NCBI GenBank assembly: GCA_013265495.1
Contig: MU058844.1
Location: forward strand, 1,122,941 to 1,186,940
Direction of reading: 5' to 3'
Source: Vicugna vicugna
Taxonomy: Eukaryota
Length of the DNA: 64,000 nucleotides
Made by a program: the position numbers and the translations under genes. Under the pieces are notes generated by a model. The model saw nothing but the letters and a program-made list of their open reading frames with translations. It searched no databases and was not told the DNA's origin. Shown one piece after another: positions 25,100 through 36,347 of this stretch (position 1 is the first letter of the stretch; the number at the start of each line of letters is the position of its first letter).

Positions 25100-26311
25100 G
25101 TCAAGGACTTTTGGTTGACAGGAAATGAACTCAAATTTATTGAACTCAAAATTTCTTTAAGTTAAAAAAATTAATTTATTGGAAGCATCTGTCAAAATTA
25201 AGAAAAAAAAGTGTAGAAACAGAGGGTTTCAGGAATGGCATATAGTGCACCAATCATTCCTTCTCTAACATTTTCTTTGTAATTAGTTCTGAAATACCAC
25301 AGCTCCCTTGATTATTCTCCTACTCATTGAGATAGTCATTCTCAGACTTCTTTACTGATTTTTCTTGTTCGTGATTTTTAAGTGTTGAAGTGCCTCAGGG
25401 ATTAGGCTTCAAACCATTTCCACGCTCTGTTTGAACTCACTCCGTAGGAAATGTCATATAACCTCGTTTAAAAGTCATTTATGCATTAGTTGGCACCAGC
25501 CCGGGTAACATCATACAAACCATGTGACGTAAAAGGGAAAGGAATTTCTCTTTTGGAATTTCAGTTTCAAATGTCCTTGGGGAGACTCTTACTGGCTGTA
25601 GTAGGTTAGCTGACCATTGTTTGGACCTATCACTATGGCTGGGAAAATGGGATATACTTGACCTTGCACACTCTGTGCCCAGGAAGACTGAAAGTCATCA
25701 AATGAATTGGAGGTAGCCACTGGAAGAATCTCTGTGAGTTAGACAGAGGCCACACTTTGTGCCTTCCTCACAAAGTAACTGATGCTGATGTAAAGCACAG
25801 AAGTTAAGATGAACATTGCTAGAGCACTGACTTTAACTCTTCAAGTTCCTGTGACGTCATATAGCAAACACTGTGACATTAATCTAATCTAATCAATTAA
25901 TTAATTCATTGTTTATTAAGGACCTGATACATACAAGGCCCTGTGTCAGATGCATTAGAGTACTCATACATGTGGGGAATAAGAGAGGCATTCAAACTAC
26001 AACTAAATCACTGTCTGTTCTTGTGACTCAGAGATACTTTTCCTCTGGGCAGGAAGCTGTCCTGCTTGACCTCAGCTTAGCACCAAGATCAGTTTAATCA
26101 GCCATCACCTGAATTTTTGACTGGTTTCTGCTGGTGATTCTTAGGTTGTACTACTGGGAAGAGCAACAAAACTAAGATTTATGTCACTGTGGGATTGAAA
26201 AACATCATGCAGTGTTTCCTGGCCGTTTATCAATGAAGCTTGCTAAGGAGGATTTCATTTCAAGCCTGTTTCCTCCAAAAGAGTGATGAAGAAGTTGTAC
26301 TTATTTGTAAT

Positions 26312-27096
26312 TGTGTGACGGAGTATCNNNNNNNNNNNNNNNNNNNNNNNNNNNNNNNNNNNNNNNNNNNNNNNNNNNNNNNNNNNNNNNNNNNNNNNNN
26401 NNNNNNNNNNNNNNNNNNNNNNNNNNNNNNNNNNNNNNNTGGGGGAGAGGGTCTCACTCTAGCCCGCAAGACGCTAGGTCAAGAGTGGACCTCGTGTTTA
26501 TTTCCAGCAGTTAATTTATATGCTTTTAACCCATAGGCAACAGTATCGTAGGTAACGGATTGTTTTTATGATCTCTTAACAATGTGTACTAAAATCAGTA
26601 ACTTGTGCATAGTTACATACATCATTATTGTTTATATTTCTCATCAATCAAGACTAACCGTTCCCCATGAGCTAACATTATTGATTACTGTATTGTTCCT
26701 CTAGGCTAAGATTTGTGTATTGGTAACTCAGGTAATTGTCGCTAAGATCACTAACTTATGTAACTTGTGTATTGGTAACTCAGGTGATTGTTACTAAGAT
26801 CACTAACTTGTGTGACCTGTATCTCTCTTTCCAAAAGCCCCTGTTCTTAATAACTCAATGGCATCAAGATGTTTTTCCGACTCCAAATGCACCTGCTGTT
26901 TTTCTAACAAAGGGGTGGCGGGACAGAGATTGTCTTTGCTCAGTCAGCCTTAGAGCCTGACGCCCCTCACTCTGGGAGTTTAGGCCCAGTTTCTGTGCTC
27001 GGCAGTCCCAACCTCAGAGCCTGGCGCCCCGCACTCTGGGAGTTTAGGCCCAGTTTCTGTGCTCGGCAGCCCTCAGGTCATGAGTGGCCCCCCGCA
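26312..27096 (-). mobile_element. Young betaretrovirus-like (ERV2/ERVK-class) LTR spanning the gap
   Basis: Minus strand begins TGCGGGGGG at 27096. U3 has tandem repeats. TATAAA (26515-26520) lies only 12 nt upstream of AATAAA (26497-26502). CpG-rich. Probable ..CA end near 26312 with imperfect TSD GTAAT/GTAGT; left boundary uncertain. Confidence 0.65.
26328..26439. other. Assembly gap (112 N)
   Basis: Run of N. Confidence 1.
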
Positions 27097-27248
27097 GTAG
27101 TCTACTAAGCTCTTAAGAGAACTGTACAGCAAGAGAAACTCTGAGCTTACCCGAAATAGCTTTTGCCTATAAAATCCTTTAAGTAAATTTCTAGGTCCCT
27201 AAACCCAGACCACCTGGAAGTGGTCTGCTGAAGCTAGATAACCCCAAG

Positions 27249-27626
27249 TGTTACAAGCTGACTGTTTGTGTCCCCTCAAAATTTATATGCTTTGAAGCCC
27301 TAGCATCCAATGTGATAATGGTATTTGGAGCTGGTGCCTTTGGAAGGTGATTAAGTTTAGATGAGGTCAGTGAGTGTATGGCTCCCATAATGGGATTAGT
27401 GTCCTTATGAGAAAAGGAAGCTCCCCTTTGTCTTCTAGCCCCCACACCCTGTGAGAACACAGCTAGAAGGGAGCCATCTATAAGCCTGGAAAGGCCCTCA
27501 CCAGAAACTGACCATGGTGACATCTTGATCTTGGACTTCCCTGCCTGCAAAAATGTGAGAAATAAATGTCTGTTGTTTAAATCACCCAGTCCATGGTATT
27601 TTGTTATGGTGTCCCAAACTAAGACA
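27249..27626 (+). mobile_element. MaLR solo LTR (MLT1A-like)
   Basis: TGTTAC..GTTTGTGTCCCCTCAAAATTTATATG ... AATAAATGTCTGTTGTTTAA..ACTAAGACA. Perfect TSD CCAAG (27244-27248, 27627-27631). Confidence 0.88.
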
Positions 27627-30600
27627 CCAAGGAAAGAAATACCCTACAATGTCTACGTAAGCTGTAGTTGTGAAAGATAATGGACAAAGAACTTTCTAAA
27701 GTAACTAGTGTTGGGGGTCATAGGGGACAATGGACAAGGGAAACACTCCTAGAGATTAGAACCATGGACTGCCAGCTGGGCCAACACTAAACCTCGCATT
27801 GCCATGGTCTTGTCATGGGTGTGCTGTTTCTGCCCTACAGAATTTGGTCATTGCTGGGGAACCATAACAGCTGTGTATTTCCTTTTCCTTCTTCCCCCAA
27901 ATACAGTTTTTTTGTTGTAGTTTCCCTAGTCCCTTCACTACCATTTTTTATTTGATTTAATAGGGGCAATAATTTCTAGTCTTAAAGCAGCCACATCTGA
28001 ACCCAGCAAAGAGGAAAGCACACAGAGATTCTAGGCTTTGAGCAAGAAGCAGTAAACAGATGAAACTTGTTTCATGAATGGGAATGAGCACATAGATATG
28101 TTTGGGTAGCTTACTGGATGGAGTCCACTGCTTAATTCCCACTAGCCATTTCTCCCGTCTTCCTTAGTAACAGAACCCTGGGCCATGGCCAAGCTGAATG
28201 GTATAGGATAGGAATAAATCCTCTAGAAATTATTGTGTTTGCAGTAGTTATTCACATGCTGTTGAGATCAGACTTAATTCATTTTTCTTTCCAGTGAAGC
28301 ATGATAGCTATGAAATTGTTCAAGGGAAGATCATGGTAGTTGTAGAATGGACTTTTTAATTAATCAGCTGTCACTAAATTTAGCCAATAACCTAGTGAAG
28401 CTTCTAAATGTCCAGTCATCTGACCAATTGTCACATCTATAAACGTTATTTATAACGAATATTCTTCAGTTGTGAAATGTTTGGCTCCATGGCATCTCCC
28501 AGATGGGTATGAACTGGGTTACTCCAGGTATCAGGATTCCAAAATGAGTCTATTTCAGTGTTGAGATCAGAACTCAGTCAAGATTTGTTTTTTCTGTGGT
28601 TCTATCTCGGGCCCTCAAATCATACATATTGATATATTTAAGGAACTTAGTGACAATTCTTATCTCTATAATGTCTATGTAATACGGGTGTAATTCAGTA
28701 GAAAATATATCTCTTTGTTACCCTTTAATCTCAAGAACAAAGGGATATTGAGGCAGAGCAGATTGTCTTAAAGATGGTGCTCCCTCCTCTAATTGCATCA
28801 ATCTAATAATAATCTCAGTTAAACAGGCTGTTGTCATAAAAATGGAGTGTGGAAACATCCACATAGATGGTCTGCTTTGCATTTTCTTAATTTTAAACAT
28901 TAGATTTTCAGCTTATGGAATGTAAAGTCAACTTCAGCATGAAAGTGGGATTTCTCTTTTGTTTCTTACATAGCTACTCATTTGAGAAGGATTTTTTTCC
29001 AAGTAATTCCTGCTCTGAGTATAGAGTTCAAGCTTACACACATACTTTCCCACATGTGATCCTAAATAGGCTGCTGAATGATAAGATGATAAAATGAACA
29101 AAAGCAACACCAGAAGGCTGCTTTTCTTTTTCTTTTCTGTCTTTTTTTAGAAAAGAACAAAAGGTTTATTGTGCAGGCCTCCAAATGACAAAATAGCTTA
29201 CTAAAAACTGCAGGTTTGGAGTTAGTTGATGTTTCACTTCTGTTTAAAAGCTCTTTCCAAGCTTAGATTAACAAGTTGATAATTGAAAACTATCTGGACA
29301 TGTTATATGTTCTAGATACTAATCTGAGGCTTTCAGGAGTCCCTATGCTTTCAGACCTTCACACTAGTTAAGCAGACTTAAGTGCTTTCTGGAAGAAGGA
29401 AGGGTATAAATAAACCCATTGGTTGAATTAAATAAAAACAGTTGTTCCACATTTGTTGAGACAGCTTTCAATCTAGGCGGTATTTATTTCTCTTATCTAA
29501 TCAGCTTCATTAAAGGTGTAGCTGCCCAGAGCAGCCTTATGAGAGTGATATACCCTGTAATAATCCAAATTAAATGATTTCTTAGGGCAGTGTTAAAGAG
29601 CCTCCAGAAAATTTTACAATGTCATGAGCCAAAGGCATTAACTTCATTTTGCTGCTGCCTTTTTTTTTATGTCAAAAGATGGAATTTTTTTTTTTCTGGA
29701 GAGATGTTTACCATAAGATGGTGTGCTTACATTTATATTCATGTGAACATAAACATCTCCCAACTGGAGAATTTCAAACAGATATCAAACAAAGGAAGGC
29801 TCTGCTGTTAAAACTAGTGTCTGTCATCACATAAACTACCAGAGTCATTGGCCATTGTGATCAGCAGTGGGCTTTCTAGGACTCATACCGTTTTAGTGAC
29901 CAATGAAGGTAGAGTTTGGGTCCTTCCAGTACACGGCTAAACTGGAAATGTACAATTATCCTGAACACTTATTGACTATGGTGTTTTTCCAGGTAGTTTG
30001 TTTAAAATGAGGTTGCAAGGCTTATAATCCCTGGACTCAGAGCTCATGTACTTATGAGATCTGTTGTGCTTCATGAGCAGATGTAACCAGACTCTAGCTT
30101 GTCCTTTTTCTTATTCTGCTTTAAAAAAAAACAAAAACAAACTTCCTGTTCTGCTTCTTTTAGTTTGTTCCCTTGCTTTAAAATTTTTGTGAACCATCTT
30201 CTTAGAATATAATTTTAAATTTTAAAGAAGGACTTGGATTTGAAAGCAGTTTTTTGATTTCCCTTACATTTGGTCTGGGTGGTGATTGTATTAAATCTGG
30301 CTTTTATGGAAACACTATCATTAAAAACTTCTCATGGTCTCTAGGGACAGGATTTGGAAATATGACACAGACCTTTCTGATTAGGGGTGTGAGAACTCCC
30401 ACTTGTTAGCAGTGGGTTTTGTTTTGTTTTGTTTTTGACTTATAATAACTCCCAGCTAATGGTCTTACTTTAGAGCTATTTAAAGAAAGTCTAAACTAAA
30501 ATTATAAAGGAACTAGATGAAAAACATTAACAAAAAACATAAGTAAATTTGTGTCCCCACCCCTGCAGTGCACAATCCTTCAAACCTTTCTCCTTATTTC

Positions 30601-31744
30601 TCTACCCTTTTCTTTGATTTGACTTGCCCTCCCTCCTCACCCTAGGGGGCCTGGCCATGTCTCTGGGCTCTAGAATCTTGTGTCTGCTTCTTTTCATTCT
30701 TTTTTCCCATGATCCTTCAGGCCTTCAGTTCTGTTCTGTCCTCCCACTATTTTTTCTTGAATTTTCCATTGCCTGATCCTCCTCTACACTGCTCTGCCAT
30801 CCTTCTCTTCACTTCCCTTTATCCTGCATCTCAGAGTCCTCTTTTCCTTGCCTTTCTGTTCATTCTGCTATTAGTCAGAAATCACCTTTAACCTTGGAGG
30901 ATTTTTTTGGTTTGGGTTATTTTTTATTTCCTTGAAATTAGTTTAAATCTGGTTAAATCTTTCTCTGGAAATTTTCAGAGCAGGAATTTCCCAGCAAAGC
31001 AAATAACAGAGCATAAGATCCTATATTTCAGGAGGAGTTGTTTCGGGTAAAGGATAATAACTAAACATGCCCTTTGCCATTATAAGATACAAAAACTAGG
31101 TAAGTATATACAGGAGGCAGATGGGAAATCAAAATATTAGCTATTGATAAATACTGGTATATACTGATAAGGCTGGACTAGAGACCCTGACTTGACCTGT
31201 GGTCAGAACTAAGCTTCCACCTTAAACTGTCCCTTTTTGCTAGTAGATTAGCCAGAGAACCAAATGTTGAGAACCTTCCCCAGATGTCTCTGAGCATGGA
31301 AGAGGCACAAATGAGGGTCTGCTGAGAACTATTGTTTTTCAACCTTGGTGATGCCCCTCTAATACATTCCCTCTAGGAGCATTAGGGAGAATGCAGGTGC
31401 ACAGTGAATGCTGACACTGAGTCCCTAATTTTATCCCTTAGGTCAAATCATATGTAAGAATTAATTTAAATTAATCCACCCCTTTACTTAATACATCAAC
31501 ACATTTTTACAAAATTCTTTCTGAACATCTGATAACTTTCTGAGCACCAAGGACGCAAAAATGAGTTGGACATGGACGACTCTGGCCAACGTGGTACAGG
31601 TACAGGCAAATTAATTATACATAATTATGTGTGAAAATGTTGTTTTGTTATCTAGGAGTCCTGTATGGGAAGTCTGCATGGGGGAGGGCCATCTTTATTT
31701 GATAAGTGCTTTTGTAAATCTCTTCAGGCAAAATAGATAGGTTT

Positions 31745-31960
31745 TGTAAAACTTGAAGCTGATAAAACTTGGAGGGCTTTTTTGAGAGAATATAAAATTA
31801 GGTATTCAAAATCAAATTCAAAAATGACTATCTAGAATGATAATAGAAACCACAGAAAAATTACTAAAGCCTTGGAGATACCAGTCCCTTGCTTCTTTGT
31901 TCATTTGAGGCATTTTTCCAGAAATACTCCGCTTTGCCACCTGGCTTCTTGCTCCACTTC
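31745..31960. mobile_element. hAT-derived MITE, MER96B-like
   Basis: GAAGCTGATAAAACTTGGAGGGC..TATAAAATTAGGTA..TAGAATGATAATAGAAACCACAGAAAAATTAC resembles the recalled MER96B consensus. Confidence 0.45.
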
Positions 31961-32749
31961 AAGTACTCTGTAGTTCCCAGTGACTCCCAGAACTCACGGC
32001 GGGGTGTGCAAGTGGGACCTGAAACTTAGTTGTCACTGGCTTCAGGGTGAATCTGCTCTGGGGCAAATTTCCAGAGTTGAGTGTTGGCTGAACCATGACT
32101 TCAAATAATGGAAGAGTAACTTTGCAAAAAAGGAGGGGCATCGAAGAGCTGCGTGCACTGTGGCTGCTTCCCAGGTCCCCACCAATCTTCAGGAAAAACT
32201 AGAAAAAAAGCACATCGGGCCCATTGTGTTTGTGTTTCTTATAAAGATGGGTGAAAAATTCCTTTCTGCATCTTGGTTGGTATGGAATCAAAAAAGAGTT
32301 AAGAAGTGAATTGACACATAAGTTACCTATCTTGCAGTATCGTAAATGCCATTATCTTTTTCTGAACTATGCTGGCTTACACTGTATAACAGTATGTACG
32401 CCAAACCCTGACAAAGTATATTGTAAGAATATTTGCATTTGTATCTGGTACTAGATTAATTTATGCTATATTATCTCTCAAACTGAAAATATCTACAATC
32501 ATATATTTTTTCCTGAAGCCTTCTCATGTATTTCTGACTTTAGTTAATGGCACTTCATCCATGCCATCTATCCAAATGAGAATCCAAAGTCATTGAGTCT
32601 TGTCTATTGTACTAATGATATTTTATGCTTATGTCTTATTCTCTTTTCCCTGTCTTGACCAGTGAGTGCCCTTTTAAAGAGCCCTACTGTCTGCTAAGAT
32701 AATGATGGGTACTGATAAGTCGTTCATTGTTGAGATGATGAAGAGTGCC

Positions 32750-33292
32750 TACAGTAGACAGAATAATACCCTCCACCGAAGATATCTACATCCTAGTGCC
32801 TGAAACCTGTGAATAGGTTACCTTATGGGGCAAAAGGGACTTTGCAGATGTGATCAAGGATACAGACCTTGAGATGGAGTATCTATCTTGATTTTCTGCA
32901 TGGGTCCAATGTAATCATAAGAGTCCAAATGAGAGAGAAGCAGGAGGCTCAGATTAAAAAGAGAAGGAAATGTGACTCTGGAAACAAAGAAAGAAGGAGA
33001 GAGGTAGTGGTGAGGAAAAGGGAGACTTTGAAGATGCTACACTGCTGTCTTTGAAGATGGAGAAAGAGGCCACCAGGCATGGAATGTAGACAGCTTCCAA
33101 ACCTGAAAAAGGCAACAGAACAGGTTCTCGCCTAGAGCCTCCAAAGCAACACAGCCCTAGCAAACCTTCATTTTAGCCCAGTAAGATCCATTTTGGACTT
33201 CTGACTTCTAAAACTACAGAATAATGAAAATGTATTGTTTTAAGCCACTATGTTTGTGTTAGTTTGTTATGGTAATAATGAGAAATATTACA
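32750..33292 (+). mobile_element. MaLR solo LTR (MLT1D-like)
   Basis: CAGAATAAT..GGCAAAAGGGACTTTGCAGATGTGAT..TTTTAAGCCACTATGTTTGTG. Perfect TSD GTGCC (32745-32749, 33293-33297). Confidence 0.88.
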
Positions 33293-33376
33293 GTGCCAAT
33301 AATTCATTCTTTGACACTGGGATCGAAAAGATCTAGTTATCAACCTAGAGTATTGGAAAAAGCTAATATAGTAAAA

Positions 33377-33430
33377 TATATATATATATTTTATATATAT
33401 ATATATATATATAATATATATATATATATA
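33377..33430. repeat. (TA)n microsatellite, interrupted
   Basis: Direct reading. Confidence 0.9.
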
Positions 33431-35970
33431 GTCACTAAAACCTTCACATTTCTTTTCCATGAGGCTTTTCTCTTTGCGTAACCCAGACTCTCAGGAACCA
33501 GTCTAGAACAAAAAGGTAGGTCTGTGCTACTTAGAAACCCCAGGTGACAAGAGAGAGAGAACTCTGATCCACCAGAGATGGGCTGTGGGTTTCACAATAT
33601 CTCAGCCGAAAACCTGTGAAGTTGGGTGCACAATTATCTACTGCTGTGATGGTGGCCTTACTGGGCCAGGGTTTGGTGATTGAGGTGAGAATGATCTCAA
33701 TCTCTCCAAATTCCAAGCCATTTACCTAGTACTGTCATATTTGTATCAGGAGATGCCTCCAGTCTTGGCCACTCTGTGCCAGAACCCCAAAGCCCTGACT
33801 TTGAGGTTTTATCACTAGTCTGGACATCCTTTCCCTAAGAGGAAGCCCCTTTTTTTGGTTCTAAAATGAAAATATGGCAGTAAAATGAAATCTTGGTGGT
33901 AAAATCTGCTGAGACCTCAGTTATCATCCCAGTCCATTAATGATGTAGAAAATCCATTTAATCTTCAAGAAAAATGTTTGGGATCACACACTCTTTCCTT
34001 CTACGGAGGTAATTTGGTCCAGTGTAAAATTTCTCCTGCATGCCCTTATGACCAGCTCTCTACATTGAGGATATTGGGAAGAGACAGAAGACACATTTCC
34101 ACCTTCCCTAGAGAAATAGATGCCCGTCCTCCTTATCTTACATAATTGCCTAGAAGTAGGAACAGCAAGTTACCAGGAAACCAATTTTCAATATTATAGA
34201 AGAAACAACTTGTCTGCTGCAGATTGTCACTGAAAGAACAAAACATTACAAGAGAGTTAAAAAGCTGAGTAGCACCTTCAGGAAGAGAGAAGTACGCCAC
34301 ACGAAGTTACAGTCACTTACGTAACTTGAAGTCTGGTACTGGCCGCTGTCCCAGTGAGCTGTGGCTGTGCATGTGTCTTCAGGGCTTCTCTGCCTTTAGA
34401 AACAGGGAATTGGTTGAATCACTACCCCACAAATACTTCAGTGTCTTGATAGAAGGTGACTGCTGAGTGCTGTATTTGATATGATCTTTTGGCAATCTGA
34501 AAACTGACTTTTAAATGGCTAATTCATTTGTGGTTTCCTTCTGCTTTCTAGAAGCTTATCAAGCTGTCTGGGGTGACTCAATTCTGTTAAACATTCCCTG
34601 TTATTCTGTTTATTTTTATTTTACAGATACTTTAAGTTTAGGCTCTAATGACAAGAGAGAACAAATCTATTTTTGTATTTTCACCAACATCTACCCTTCG
34701 TCATAAATGTGTATCCCAGGCTTTCATCTAGGCAAAACTAAACAAAGATACAAATAAACAAAGCCTTAACAATTTTAAAAAAATTAACTGAAAACAACAT
34801 TCTGTCTTCCAGGCTCCAGGCCAGGTGCCAAAAATAGAAAAATGAATTAAACTTAGTCCCTTTTCTAGAGACACTCTCATTTTAGTGGTGGATAAAAGCA
34901 TGTCACCACTGTAAAGTACAGAATCACTCAGTTGGTATCTGAGCTCCTGCTTTGTGTTGAGTCTCTGTAATTTCAAAAATAAACACGATAGACATGAAAC
35001 CTGCCCAGTGTAGCTTAGAGTCTGGTGAGGAGAGCAGCCTTTCAACTAATTTTCACAAGGGTGAGCAATGTCTCAATGGAAAACCAAAGCACTGCATGGA
35101 TATGTTTAACAGGGGCACCACTTCTAATTTAAAGGGGCAGGGCCAATATTAGTTTGAAAATGGTGGCAGTTGGGGGTTGGGTGGAGGAAGAAGGCAGAGA
35201 GAAGTGTTCCAATGTAACAGGTACCAAAAAGCCTCAAGGCTAGAAAGAGTGTGAAGTGTCTGGAAAACTAAAGGCATGTTAGAGCTGGAATAGAGAGAGG
35301 GAAGGGAGGAAGGGTTGTGCATGGGTTGTGTTTTAAACTCAAGAGTAGATGAAATCTCTCAAAGATAAAGATATGTCAACGTTGAGAACTTTTATTTTTC
35401 AATAAAAAAATTGTGCATGTCCATGTGCATTGCTTCAGCTACTTGTTCATTCAGTAAACACTTCTTAAATTCTCATTAGACACTGAGAATAAGAAAAATC
35501 AATAAGGCAAGGTTTCTATATGTACACAAAGTAGTTTGTATCATCATGGAGACAGATATAAGATATGATAAAAACCAGAAATAAGGAAACAATCCTATGT
35601 TCCTACTACTTTAAGAAGAGATGCAACTCTTATGCAGCTATTCTGAGATTTCTGGCCCAAATCAAGTCTAAAAATATTAAGGGAGTGCTAAATGGTTGTA
35701 GAACTCCAATCTGGTTACACGTCTGAACCTAGGCAGATTTTACAATCGCAAGTGCCTGAGTTGCTCCCTAGATCTAGTGGATTTCAATCTGTGGAAGCAA
35801 GAGCCAAGAATCTAGAATTTTAAAAGGCACCCCAGTGATTCTGTATATATTCTGCAAGTGGCATTTGGGAACTACTGAGGTAGAGCATGACCTGTGAGGT
35901 CACAGTAACATTTTCCAAAATGTGTGCTGCAGGCTGTTAATAAATGATGTTTGAAAAAAGGATTCAGTGA

Positions 35971-36347
35971 TATAATGGGTTGAATTGAATTGTGTCCCCA
36001 CCCCTCCCAAATTCCCAGTGCCTCAGAATATGACCTTATTTGGAGATGGGTCTTTGCGAGGTTATCAAGTTAAAATGAGGTCATTAGGGTAGACCCTAAT
36101 CCAGTATAACTGGTATCCTTATCAAAAGGGGATATTTGGATACAGAAATACAGGGCAAACACCACGTGAACATGAATATGGCCATCTACAAGTCAAGGAG
36201 AGAGGTCTGGAACAGATCCTTCCCTCACAGCCCTCAGGGGAACTAACCCTGCCTACACCTTCATCTCAGATTTCTAGCCTCCAGAACCGTGACCAACATC
36301 ACCTAGTTTGTGATACTTTCTGACGGCAGCCCTAGCAAACCAATGTA
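35971..36347 (+). mobile_element. MaLR solo LTR (MLT1B-like), apparently nested in hAT-Charlie/MER5-type remnants
   Basis: GACCTTATTTGGAGAT..GTTAAAATGAGGTCATTAGGGTAGACCCTAATCCAGTATAACTGG..CTAGCCTCCAGAAC..GCAGCCCTAGCAAAC. Confidence 0.8.

Noticed and set aside
26713..27069. CRISPR-like repeat array
   Set aside because: Only two-copy head-to-tail repeats without unique spacers, inside a mammalian LTR.
34317..34324. PAR-bZIP/NFIL3 palindrome TTACGTAA
   Set aside because: A single 8-mer without supporting context.
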